A DNA stretch of 64,000 bases from Cystobasidiomycetes sp. EMM_F5 (lineage: Eukaryota): assembly GCA_051047955.1 (NCBI GenBank), contig JBPGPT010000002.1, forward strand, positions 496,001-560,000, in the 5' to 3' direction. The notes under the pieces were generated by a model that was not told where the DNA came from, ran no database searches, and saw only the letters and a list, made by a program, of their open reading frames with translations. Positions within the stretch are counted from its first letter, which is position 1; each line of letters opens with the position of its first letter. Positions 24,434 to 36,962 of the stretch are shown one piece after another. The position numbers and the translations under genes are program-made.

Positions 24434-27400
24434 CTATACAATGCGTTTTCCCTCGCGAGAGACTTCCGATCGCATACCGATACTGCTACCCAGTGACCAT
24501 ATTCCGCCTCCTCCAGTACCGGGTGCATCGACACCCTCTCTGCGAATAGGTTGACCGCTCGAGCCTGTCGTCCGGCTTGTAATGTTCTTGCCCAACTCGC
24601 GCGCCTGGTCATACAGGGGATCGTCGCGAATCTCACGTCCTAGTAGAGCGAAATTGCGAGCCGCTTCTGCAGCAGCTTTCGAGAAGGTGTCCTTGACCTG
24701 TTCCAAGAAATCGTCGTCCTTGATGTCTTTACCGAGTTTCCTAAATTTTCCAGCTGATTCAGCTGCAGCATTCTTTGCTGTTTCCGCAGCCTCGCGCGCA
24801 AAATCGTCGTCACGGATATCGCGACCCAATTTTCGGAAATTGGCGGCAGTCTGATGTATTGCGTCTCTAGTGACACGGTCGGCTTCATCGTAGAACTGAT
24901 CATCGGAGATGTCTTTGAAGATCTTTTTAAAGTTGCGAACCGCATCGCGGGCCGCCGCAACTGTTACGTTCTTAATCTGAGCGGCAAAATCATCGTCACT
25001 GATGTCTTTGCCAATAGCTTTGAAGTTTTCGTAAGTCTGTCGAGCTGCTGCAGCAGTGACGTCTGCACCATCTCGTGCTGCAGCCATTGTGGCCTCTTTG
25101 GCTTGGTGTGGGAAAGGATCATTCGCGATATCATCACCAACGCGGCGGAATGCTTGTCCCGCATCTCTGGCCGAGGCTTTTGTGACATCGGCTACTTCTC
25201 GCGGTAGAGGATCGTTTGCGATATCTTCACCGACTCGTCGGAACGCTTGGCCAGCTTCTTTGGCTGAAGTCCTGGTGGTGTCGGCTATTTCCCTCGCGAA
25301 AGCGTCGTTTTTTATATCTTGTCCCAACTGCTGGAAGTTTCTGCCAGCATCGACCGCGGCAGCTTTCGTAGTCTCTTTGACTTCATGAGCGAGCGGATCA
25401 TGGCGGACCTCATGAGCGAGCGCACTGAAATTCTCGCCAGTCTGCTTGCCTGCTTCCTTGATTACGTCAACTAGCGGATCGTCTCTTGCAGCTTGTCCGA
25501 GAGCTTTGAAGTTATCTGCAGTTTTCGCAGCGGCTTCCTTGACTTCATGAGCAGCAATCTCTAGCTTATCTTGCACATCAGACGCAATCGATTTAGCTTC
25601 CTTTACCTTCTCACGAACATCCTTTGCTGTCCATTGTCGAGCTGGCGTGTAGGCAGGCACGCGGTCCTCGATAATAATCTGTGGGTATCCGGCGGGAACA
25701 TAGCCAGATTCCGCATCGACAGTAGCCGTAGCGGTCGCCGAGGGAATTGTCGCTTTACTTGACTGCGCCGGACTTTCGTCCCAATCCGGTACAGACTGAG
25801 TCGCCAGTGACGGTTGTGCGATGACAGTCTTCGCTTGCTGCGCTTTGCCGTAGATGGCAGACTCGATCTGCTCACGAAGCTGCTGCAAGCCGTCCTTTGC
25901 ATCTTCCTCCAAGCCCAACAGTGCAGCGGGATTGCTGTCTCTGCCAAGTGCTTGTATACTCGCAAGATCAATGCCAGACCCGACAATGTCTTTCCAAGTC
26001 TTGTTTTCTGCTTTCAACGTATCGACAATTTCGTTCTTGATCATTCTTGGCAGCCCGACGCCTTGATACCCTAGAGCAGTATAAAATTGCACAAAAGACG
26101 CGCCAGCCCGGGCGTAGTCTAGCGCGTCTTGGCCAGTCGAGATGCCACCGCATCCAATCAGCGGTATGGAGCCAGACGTCAACGCGTACAAGTATTTCAG
26201 GGTCCGCAACGAGAGTGGCTTGAGTGGTGGACCTGACAGTCCGCCAGACTCCTTCAGTGCAGGATCTAGTATAAGCACGGCGAAATTAGCAAAACGAAAT
26301 ATGTGCTTAGGTATAAGCGTACCATTGCCGGCAGAATCGGGACGAGATATAGTCGTGTTCGAAACGATGATACCGTCTATCTTTGTTGCCGTAGCAGCTG
26401 CAGCAATGTCGGCTACTTCCTGGCGGGTGAGATCTGGCGCAATTTTGACCAATACCGCTGGTTTTTTCGCGAATGTGAGTCCGTTTCTGGCATTGACTAC
26501 TTCAGTTAGCAACTTCTGCAGCGCATCCTTATTCTGCAGCGAGCGTAGACCGGGTGTATTTGGCGATGATACATTGACGACTAGCACATCGGCGTACGGT
26601 CCGAGGCGCTCGACCCCTTCAACGTAGTCTTGTACCGAGTCGGGTAATGAAGCCTTGTTCTTGCCGAGATTGATGGCCAATACGCGCCCATCTTTCAGAG
26701 ACCGGGGCAGTGCGAGACCATCGATGACATCTGCGTCTGTTCGACCTGTGAGAATGGCATCTATAGGATCTGGATCTGGTAACGCTGAGACTTTGGCTTC
26801 GGGAAAAGTGTCGGACGGGAGTAGGAGAGCGTTGTTGACGAGAAAAGTGTGTATGCGCTCCCTTAGGCGTGCCAGGACTACAACATGGCCCTCAGAGTTA
26901 AAGCCATAGCGGTTGATAACGGATTGTGTAGAAGGTAAGCGGAAGAGGCGCGGTTGTGGATTGCCATCCTGCGGCTGAGGAGTGATGGAACCGATTTCAA
27001 CGTATGAAAAGCCAAGGTTGAACAGAGCATCGATGGCTTCGCCATGCTTGTCAAAGCCAGCAGCGAGACCGACTGGATTGGAGAAGTGTCGACCAAAGAG
27101 CTATGAGATGCAGTCGCTACGTCAGACTGACGAAATACGAAATACAGCTACGCTTGCGAGATACGCACCTCAAAGCCCAATATGTCTTCCTGATCTGGTG
27201 TAGTATCAACTGGAGCAACACCGCTCGCAAGGACTTTGATTGCTATTTCATGAGACTTTTCCGGGTCATTCTTGGTGAAAGCGTGGAGAAGGGGAATGAC
27301 CAGCCAGCTGTTGCAGGGGGTAAGTTAGAGGGAGAGAAGAGATCACACGAACGATACTCATACCGATGCACTCCGGCACTGCTATCGTACGCATACACTG

Positions 27401-27614
27401 CAAAGAGCCCGCCAGCGACCAAGCCGGTCAGAGTCCACAAACGGTTCTTGAGCTTCTGCGCCGGCGTCTTCCGAGTGAAGAGTGTCCTTGACTGCCCGAG
27501 TGAGTACCGCCTGGCTGTCAAAGTCGCGGAATCCAGCAATATCCGCTGCCATTGAGTTGGCCTTGGACCCGCCTGACGCCGAAGCAGCGAAAGTGGCAGC
27601 GGTGACGGCCTCAT
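24434..27614 (-). CDS. URA9: Class 2 mitochondrial dihydroorotate dehydrogenase with ~510-aa C-terminal repeat extension
   Basis: Arg-rich presequence and TM segment; NPVGLAAGFDK, EIGSITP, INRYGFNS, INLGKNK, NVSSPNTPGLR, VKIAPDL, SNTT, GGLSGPPL, IGCGGI, QFYTAL. Confidence 0.95.
24585..25560 (-). repeat. Ten tandem ~31-aa (93-nt) coding repeats in the DHODH tail
   Basis: Consensus AAAxxAxxNF(R/K)xLGxDIxDDxFxxExxxxTx, aligned by hand from the translation. Confidence 0.85.
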
Positions 27615-27814
27615 GGAAGGATTAGTACTGCGCAGACTACGCTATGCAGATGTCCTGGCTGCCATGGGTGGTGAAAAGCAGAGGCAGACTTGAAATATTG
27701 CACGCTCGACGTCAGGACAGGGTTGATATAGATCTAATTGAAGTGCTGGAAATGAATACATTCTGAGTCTACGCTGCAGCAAGGTCATTATAGTTCAAGT
27801 GTGACACCGCAGCC

Positions 27815-29524
27815 ATGTCGGGCGCAGCATCCACGTCGAATGGCCCGACCGTCGGCATCATTGGCATGGGCGAAATGGGCAGAATGTATGCAAACTACCT
27901 GTGTGACGGCGGCCGACGAAGGCGAGTAGGAGGTGATTAGACGGCTCGCAAGTGAGCGCGTTATTGATTAAAGGTTGCGCAGAGTCTACGTTTGCGACCG
28001 AGAAGAGCAGTTCGACAAGCTGCAGTCGGAATACAAGGGTTGGTTATGGAAAACAGGCAATGAACTCAACGCAAACGCAAATCTAACGAAATTCTGTGTG
28101 TCGCATCTGATGTCAGACCACCCCTCCGTCAAAGTTCTGCCAGACGGCCACCATGTCTCGCGCATATCCGACTTTATCGTCTACTCTGTCGAAGCAGAGT
28201 ACATCGACCACGTAGTCAAAGAGTATGGACCATGTAAGTTTGGTCGCTATGCATAAGGTATTGTACGTTTTTGCATGCTCAGTTATTCTCCATCACAGCT
28301 ACAAAGCTGGGAGCAATAGTTGCGGGGCAGACATCTGTAAAGGCGCCAGAGAAGGAGGCATTCGAACGTTATCTGCCTCCAGATGTCAACATCATCTCTC
28401 TCCACTCGTTACATGGTCCAAGTGTGAACCCTTCTGGTCAGGCACTAGTGAGCACAATTCCCTACCCACACGAAACTTGTCCCACAACATTCTTCTGCGT
28501 AGATCCTCATTCACCATCGCGGTTCACCTGAAGCAGTGAGAGTCGTGGAAGACATTGTAAAGCCTCTTCAAAGCAGGGTTGTGCGAATGACTTATGAAGA
28601 ACACGATGACATTACCGCGAATACGCAAGCGGTCACTCATGCAGCCTTCTTGAGGTGAGTAATAGAACAATATTGCGGAGCAGTGAAATTTAGGCTGAAC
28701 TTGTGTTGTCTTATTGCAGCATGGGAACAGCTTGGCATTCGGTCGGCACTTTTCCCTGGGAGACTGGTCGCTACGTACGAGGAATCGAAGTCGCCAAGAT
28801 CAACATTACTCTACGGATATACGCCTCAAAATGGCATGTATACGCTGGTCTGGCGATTCTCAACCCGGTCGCAAAGACTCAGATTGACCAGTTTGCCAAG
28901 AGCGTCACGGAGATTTACAAGCTCATGGTACAAGAGAAGGAGAAGGAGCTGAAAGAGAGAATGTACGCTGCGAGAGAATTTGTCTTTCCCAACGTCGCCA
29001 AGGATGGAGAGCAGGGAAAGCCAGTATTCCTGGATGACGATGTCTTTGACAATTTCGCTATAGGGCCAGCGGATGCTTCGTCTCAAGCGACGACAATCAG
29101 TAGCAATGGAGTGCACGTCAACGGAGATGCTGAAGTCAAATCCGCGCAGTTACCTCCCCCAAACTCCCATCTATCTCTTCTCGCTATAGTGGACTCGTGG
29201 CACCAACTCCAGCTGTCCCCCTTTCAGCATCTAGCACTGGCCTCCACTCCCATCTTCCGATTGTGGTTCGGCGTAGCAGAATACCTGTTTCGTTCTCCAG
29301 AAAGGCTGGACGCTGCTGTTCGTGCAGCGATATGGGACAAGTCACATCGATCTGATGATTTAGAATTCACCATCGCTGCAAGGGGATGGTCACAGTCGGT
29401 CAGGTTTGGAGACTTTGAGGCATACAGACGGAGATTCGAGGATACGGCAGACTGGTTCCGCCCGAGATTCGAAGAAAGTACAAAGCGCGGTGCGCAGATG
29501 CTCAAAGAAGTGCTCAAGCCTTGA
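27815..29524 (+). CDS. TYR1: Prephenate dehydrogenase
   Basis: GIIGMGEMGRMYA, SDFIVYSVEAE, GQTSVKAPE, HSLHGP, EEHDDITANTQAVTH, KWHVYAGLAILNP, PNSHLSLLAIVDSW. Confidence 0.95.
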
Positions 29525-29802
29525 CGTCTGCAGTCGAGTGGTATTGTAGTCGGTCAATGAGAGGCAAGTTGCAACGGGTTACAGAAGACATAAGTGTGCG
29601 TCGGGCCTCCTTGCGCATGCATTTAATGTTATGCACCGGTACAACGACGACACGGAATCTGGTAATGCCCCCTTGAGGACTCCAGTCCCGTCTCACAGCG
29701 AGGACTAGAACATTGACGCCAATCTACCTGACAGCAATAAGCAAGTAAAGTCAGCTTCTTCGCCGAGGACTGTTGCAGCACGGATTGGGGTTGGGTGATG
29801 GA

Positions 29803-29917
29803 AATCTCAGACGAATGTAAAATTAAGGTAGCGAGTGTATTTCTTCACGACGCTTGTCCGCACACGAATGTACAGAGGCGTCACTTTGGCCAAATGCCTA
29901 CTCAAGCATCATTGCGG
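29803..29917 (-). ncRNA. Box C/D snoRNA, snR13-like (targets 25S rRNA), intronic
   Basis: Minus strand: box C-like ATGATG, TGAGTAGGCATTTGGC, ...CTCGCTACCTTAATTTTACATTCG, box D CTGA. The two antisense elements are complementary to adjacent parts of conserved LSU rRNA TTAAGGTAGCCAAATGCCT. It lies inside a GTGAGC..GCTGAC..CAG intron at 29728-29953. Confidence 0.8.
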
Positions 29918-30249
29918 GGAGTGTTGGTTGTCTATGATGAAATTTTGGCTCACCTTTTTCCAAGGGCGACACTGCGCCAGCATGCTCGCGGTAAGTCGCT
30001 AAGAAGACCAACGACACCTCAACGATACGGTCCCATGCATAGCTCAAATAGCAGGCAGTCTTGACGATGTTGGTGGAAGGACAGCCACGGCCAGCTGCTG
30101 CGAAGGATGCGATTTAGAATGATCGAGTATCGTCAAAGACTGCTGGTTGCTGCTGTAGCGCTTCTGCGCTTGCAAGTTTCAGTAGTTATGCATGTAGCGT
30201 ACCATCCATCCGCCATCTTCAACTATTCCCAATATCCTCTGATGCCTTT

Positions 30250-30785
30250 CTATGCTGACGCCAATTCCGCTGGCAGCTTGTATACGACTGACCCATCTTC
30301 GCCATACCTCTCCGCAAAGCCGTTGATTCCTCCGTCCAGTATACAGACTTTCACGCTGTCTGCTCCAGGCTGCTGAGCGAGTGCCTGTAGCAGCCATGCC
30401 GCACATCGCCTATCCCGCTTGGATCGACCAGACCGGCAGTGCACCACGACGTACAGAGGTTGCCGAATAGGCGATACATCCTGCGCTGGCATGCTCCGAC
30501 GTAGCAAGTTTGCTAACGCAAGCCGCGAATAGTAAAACGTCTGGGCTGGCATGTTGACAGCGTTGACGATGTGGTAATTCTGTAAGAAGACTGCCAGGTC
30601 ACTCGATGGTCCATCGGCAATGTGCAATGGAGTAAACACACAATGGCATCCGTTTGCCTGACGTCCAGCACCAAAAGCCTGTCATGCGCGTCTTGCTTTT
30701 TGAGCAGCGCGTACAGCTCTTCCGGTTGTATGCTCGCAACGTCATCCATGCCGTCGGGCTCGTCGAAACCCAACCAAGTTGACAT
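30250..30785 (-). CDS. Small rhodanese/Cdc25-like protein (Ibp1/Ych1/Acr2-type)
   Basis: IQPEEL..LLVLDVRQTD|..YHIVNAVNMPA, VVHC, ILDGGINGF; one intron. Confidence 0.8.
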
Positions 30786-31029
30786 TGTGCAGATATGTTC
30801 ATATAATTGCTGCGAAGTAGGAAATGGTCAGCGAGGCAGTCTACATTCGACGGTCTCATCGATCAGCCTTCGCTTAGCGTGACGGATGTAGCCAACATTT
30901 TTTGCTCTATATCTTTTGCCCAACCTGCTTGCAACATTTTCTGCCCAACATATACGCGCTGCATGTCCAATCTGCCTGGAGTAATCCAATAAAGCAGAAG
31001 CCGCCATTGCAGCCGATAAAGCCAGCAAT

Positions 31030-33502
31030 ATGGCTGCTCCGGGCACGCACGGTTATGGAGAACACGCGGCAGCCGCAACTCCAACGAGCGCGTCAACTAC
31101 TGCTATGCACATCTTGAATGCCGCTCCGCCCATCATGAAGTTCACATCAATGGTCGGCGTGAGCGGAGCCATACAGACCAAAAACATGAGTTCGAGCTTC
31201 ATGAAGGAGGACGGCAACAGCTGGTGGTCGCGTCGACTCATGAATGCAGACGCTGCCATTGAGGACCTGCACAGTCGGAAGCGGAAGCGTGTAGACAGGT
31301 CATTGGACGAGTATGCGAATGGTCACACTAGAAGCGACGAAGACATGGGGGGCCAAGCATACGATGAAACAGACATTCTTCCTTCTTTTCCATTAGCAAA
31401 AGGCAAAGGCAAAGAAGTTGTGAGTTTTGTTAAGCATCGCTTTCGTGATCTCATTCCGATGTCTGTCCATGTCAGCCCGAACAAGCTGCTCCTGACCCAT
31501 CAAAGGTCATCGTTATCCACCCTGGTTCGCGAACGCTTCGGATAGGCAAGGCGTCGGATAGCTATCCTTGGGAGATACCAAATGTCATTGCTCGGAGGCG
31601 GCGTACTTTACAACAAGCGAATGGGTCTGATTCTGTGCAGAGCGCATCGAGGACGTTCAAGCAGCATCTCGACGAGGATAAGCTGGACATTATACGACTC
31701 CATATGCGAGAGCGTATGCGAATCTTGAACTTAAGAGGGACAACCAACGGCAGCGGAATTGCAGCAGACTTCAACGCAACAGTTGAATCACAACGTGTGC
31801 CGGAAGATGAAGATCCAGAACTGGTTACGTGGACGAACGTAGGAGACAACAGCAACAATGTTCTCTTCGCAGAAGAGGCTCTACGGATAGCGGATGCTGA
31901 TCTAGAAAACTGGTCAGTTCGATGGCCCTTCCATAAAGGATCCTTCAACACCAGCGGTTACGCTTCCGCTCAAGAACTTCTGGCGGACATCGCAGACATC
32001 TGGTGTAACGCTTTACGAGATACATGTGAGGTGGATACCGCCGCCCTTCACGAGTATTCCGTTATACTTCTCATATCAGACTTATACGAGCATGTTTACC
32101 TGCGCGAGATGTGCGACTTGATTCTGCGTGTCATGGGCTTCCGTCAGCTCATCGTGCAGCAAGAAAGCTTGGCCGCCTCCTTTGCAGCTGGGCTTCCGTC
32201 AGCCTGCGTGGTAGATCTTGGAGCCAGCAAAGTGTCCGTCTCCTGCATAGACGAAGGTTTCGTCATCAATGACACGCGAATGCTGCAGAGTTTTGGCGGA
32301 GATGATATCACGGAAACGTTTTTGCAAGTTCTCGGCACCATCAATTTCCCCTTCAAGGACGTTGACCTCGCCCGACAATACGATTGGTCAACAATTCAGG
32401 CTCTCATGCAGCAGTGCTGTGCATTCAATGAGGTGAGCTTGGATTGACAATGTGCAGAGGCTGATCACTAAGTCTGACTCTACTTAGATCAATTTCAACG
32501 TGACCCTTTACGACTTTTTGGTACGAAGGCCAGCAAAGCCGACGTTGAGATACACCATGAAGCTGTATGACGAAGGGACGCTGCCAACGTTCTGTCTCTG
32601 GACTCCTCGGATCCTGGATTGGGATCGCAAGCTGCTAGCCAAACCAGCCTTGTGGGCCAGCAGAGAAGGAGCTGATGATGTGGTAGAGATCGGTGGCGAT
32701 GTTGTGACTGCCGCTATGAAGCGTTCAGTGCAGCATCTGACTCTACCACGGTCTGTCGGAGTGCACAATTTACAAGTCCCTGGTATCCTTCCTTCAGAAA
32801 GCGTACCGATGAGCAATGGTCACGCCGCGATAGAGAATGGCGACATCGGCTCTCCAAGCACCCTGGATAATTCGGGACAAATCGATGTGAAACCAGTAAT
32901 CGAGCCTTTGGCGAGTCCAAATCCATTCGTCAATAGTGGACAAAGGCCAGCAAAATCAGCTACGCCAGATGCCTCGGCTGTGGCTCAAGCAGCTAGTGCA
33001 ACAGCTTCCGTGGACTGCGCTGTCGAAAGTTCAAAGCTACCTCTGGACGTTGCAGTCTGCGAGAGTATCGCTCAAACGGGAAGTGACGACAAAGTCAAGA
33101 GAGTGATTACGAACATCCTGATAGTCGGGGGACTAGCCAATCTCCAAGGTGCTGGGAGTGCACTGCAACAGCGGTGAGCCAGAACCTTTTTTTTAATTTC
33201 GACAGAATATAGTTGACTCCGTCCCTTTTCTTTAGCTTGATCCCTCTCTTAAGACAGCGCTTTCCAACAGCTCCAGCTCCCTTAGTTATACCTACGAGCA
33301 AATATGCTGATCCTGGCCATATGGCATGGAAGGGTATTTCTTCGCTTTGCAAGCTCGACGTGGCAAATGACTTATGGATCCGCCAAGACGATTGGGAACT
33401 GTAGGCAACTAGCACCGAGACGCTGAGTTACACGTGCTAATATAGATCCACAGTATGAATCTGCGCGCTCTACGGGACCGGGCCTACTTCAGCATGCCGT
33501 AG
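31030..33502 (+). CDS. ARP8: Actin-related protein 8 (INO80 complex)
   Basis: VIVIHPGSRTLRIGKASD..P, RWPFHKGSFN, QQESLAASFAAG..ACVVDLGA, FGGDDIT, LPLDVAVCESI, DPGHMAWKG, DLWI..DWE. Confidence 0.9.
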
Positions 33503-33632
33503 AAAAGCGTTGTATGTTGGCTAACTCAAGTACTCCGCTCAGCTAAATCAAAACATGGAATTGTACATGTGGAGCTCATTGCAACTGCTGGTACTGATGC
33601 ACGTTACACAATTTTGTTATAACAATCACAGA

Positions 33633-35601
33633 TCAAGCCGTCGGCGGCTCGACTGTCTTACTTGCTTTCTTCACCCCTACTTTGCCAACACCCCGCAATC
33701 CGACGACTGTCAATACAGCTGCACTACACATGAAAGCAAAGGCAGTCCACTGCGCATCTCGATACCCTGCCAGCAAGGCTTCCTTCGGAATCTGAAAGGC
33801 AGTTGTATTGCGGAAATCGACGATAGGAAAGCCCAGCCTGGCGCTTTCTCGCTTCTGAACACGGTTAGACACGATCGTCGTGATTGCCAGCCCAAATATG
33901 CCGCCAAGCTGGGTCATGACATTTGTCGTCGAGCCGGCTTGGCCTTGTTCTTTAGGCGAAGCCGCCTTCGACACGTACAGCATACACGACAGCATGAAGA
34001 TGTCGGCAGCCGTGACCAATAACACGCTAGCAATGAACTGATTTGCCCAGACTGACGTGAAGGCAGGCGGAGAGCGTCAGATTCGGCAGCGATGAAGCTT
34101 TAATCGGACTTACAAGTGTGTGAAGGGTTTACTATTGCCATGAGCATGCTAGACATGGAGCTCGTGACTGTGCCAAAAAATAGGAACCATTGAGCTGGCT
34201 AGGTACGCAACGGTCGACAGTCAGGTAGGCCTAAGCAGGCGCGAGGAATTCAGGACAGTGACCTACGATGTATGCAACGACAAGAGCACCTATCACATTC
34301 CAGGAAATACCCATGACAGAGAACGGCAGGAAGCGAAGAGTCGCTTCACCTATACCGCGAACCTCGTAATTCTCCCAATATTGTGTAAGAAAAAAGATTA
34401 CTCTGCAATCGATTTCGCGCTCAGGGAGGCGAATGAAATTCGCAGGACTATGTCAAACTCACGGTTGGAATCCGCCAAAGATAAGAAACCCAATGCATTG
34501 GAAAACTGCAAACCGTCCTTTTCTCCACAAGCTAAGCCGGAACAAGGGCGGACGCGTCGTCTTGTCTTCCACATGTCGCTCCCAAGCCAGTGTTGCAAGG
34601 ATAAAGAAGAACCCGATAATGAGTAAAGCTATAATGTACGACGTTGCCCAGCCGTTCTCTGCTCCTTCGCCATCGGCCAACGCGAATGTGAAGCAGACCA
34701 AGCCGACTGTAGCGAGTAAGCCTCCCAAATAATCTACCGTAGCGTCCGGTGAATTCCGCTTTGGCAACAATGGTCCTGGTACGATGAAGCACGCGGATAT
34801 TGCCAGTAGTACGGTGATGCCCATCAAGACATAGAAGAACGTACGCCAGCCAAGCGGAGTGTACTGTGTCGCCAGTCCGGCTATGAGAAGTCCTCTAAGG
34901 AAACAGAAGGTGTCACCCTAGGCCCATTATTGCGCGTGCAAAGACAGATGCTCACACTGCATTTCCTGTAGGAGCACCGGCACCGAAAGCGGCGAAAGCG
35001 CGCGACTTTGCAGGACCAGGCGGGAAGTTTTTGGCGAGAATACCGATTGACGATGGTATCGCGCTACAGGTGATCTATGTGAATAATGATTTCGATATGG
35101 TAAGATGAATGCTACTGACCACGCAAAGCCGAGGCCTGTCATAGAGCGGAATATGAAGAATTGGACCGATGTCTGTGCAAGTGCGCAAGCCAGATTGAAT
35201 AGGGCCGCCCACGATAATCCAATGATGAAGAAGGCTTTGTGTCCGTAGATGTCAGATATTCTGCCAAAGAACAGCAACGTGCATACGAAAGCCAGCGATG
35301 CACTGGTCAATAGCCATTGCAGTGCATAGGTTGGAATACTGAGCTCTTGGCTCATTGGACGTAAGCAGAGCGATACGCCTATGATGGAAGATGTCTGCGC
35401 AATCATTCCTAGCATAGCTATGCCTGGAAGTGCCACTAAACGCCATGTTGCAAGCTTGGGTTGATCAATTGTAATGGCTATCGAAGGAATCTCTTTGAAG
35501 TCGCCGTCGACTCTGGACAGCTCGTGTTCTTCCTCCTTGACATGTTCATCGCCAGCCTCTTGACCTTCTGCACCGTGGTGATTGATCTGATTCACAGACA
35601 T
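33633..35601 (-). CDS. MFS transporter, 14-TM DHA2/aminotriazole-resistance type
   Basis: LQWLLTSASLAF..LLFFGRISDIYGHK, GWRTFFY, VDYLGGLL, WER..PPL, EQGQAGS..QLGGIFGLAI, GYRDAQW. Confidence 0.88.
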
Positions 35602-36018
35602 GCTTGCCGGCGGTTTATCGGATTGTCCGTCCGCAGTTCATATAGGCAGAGATTGATGAAGGATACGACAAGGAATTTGTGTGTAGTGAGAGCAGCCTAC
35701 AGAGTCATGATATCAGTCCATATTGGTCTCAAGGCAAGCTTGTTGGGTTCTTTGCGGTTAAATAGTCAACCTTTCTGCCGCCGTCCGGCTTGCGCCACCG
35801 TAGCACCTCTAATCTGATAAAGAGGTTGGAAAGCTTCGAGTGGGACGTTGCTTTGGAAGCTGTTGGCAAAGCATACGTCAAATAGAGCATGCTCGAGGTC
35901 TTTCGTATTGGGCGATCGTTACATCAGGACAGCAGTATGGTCAGAAGAGTGTCAGCTTCTTCAGGCCAACCCATCAGTGTACTCCTGTGTTATCCGTATT
36001 CGCACTTCGCCTATCGTT

Positions 36019-36674
36019 ATGGCACTCGCATACAGCAGTCGCAACCCAGGCGTGCCTTTCAGTCAAGAAATCAAGGATAGGCTCGCGGCGTCTGCAGGCC
36101 AGACAAACGAGTACGACATCTACTGCCCTCTGGCTGGCTGCAGGTGTCTCATACTTCGCAAAGGGCATGCTCAGCTAGTGAATAGGAAGGCAGACGTCGT
36201 GAGTGCATACCTGTATTGAATCGACAATGGTCAGGCCGCAATGCTAAGCTGACGTCAAATCTTCGACTGCAGCTACAACATCCGTCTGCTCGACCAGCGG
36301 CGCATCAGAAAGAAGACTTCAAGACAGTCGAAAGCATCCAAGGCACTACTCCATGCTGGCTTGTCACATCCCCGATGAGCTTTGAGAACATCGGCTTTAC
36401 AAAAGGCGTTTTATCCAGTACGGCGGCGGAGGACGACTCGGAGAAAGCAAGCTACATCATACCGGAAGGCTCCTCTGTACGTTTTCTATCTTGTGCCGAC
36501 TGCGACTGTGGACCGCTGGGATGGCATATCGAGAGTAAAGGTAGCGACCTTGGGAGGGACGTGGAAGAGCAGGTCAATACGCAGCTCGCAGGATATCAGA
36601 CAACGAAGGGCAATGCACCTGTTCGGGAATTCCTCATCCCGATAGAGCGGTGTAGATACAAGCTGGATGCGTAG
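36019..36674 (+). CDS. DSS4: Mss4/Dss4 (RABIF) Rab chaperone/GEF
   Basis: IYCPLAGCRCLILRKG, WLVTSPMSFENIGFTK, FLSCADCDCGPLGW; one intron. Confidence 0.88.
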
Positions 36675-36962
36675 AAAAGCACAGAAAGCCGGGCATACGT
36701 GGATATGTCTCATAGGAAACGAGCCTGCGAAACCGTTGCGCATTCCTAGGGGATTACACACATAGACCGCCACAGACCTTGCATCTACGCACCGGTATCG
36801 TCGTCCTCTGCACGCTACAGCCAAACGCGACTATCGACAAACTTCGAATTCTACCCGTAGGCCTGGGCGCCGTCACTCAAATCGGCTTCCGACTTCGCCA
36901 ATTCCGCGCTCGGTCTGACGCGACATTTCCTTTCGGTAGACTGCATCAGCGCACACCTTGTC

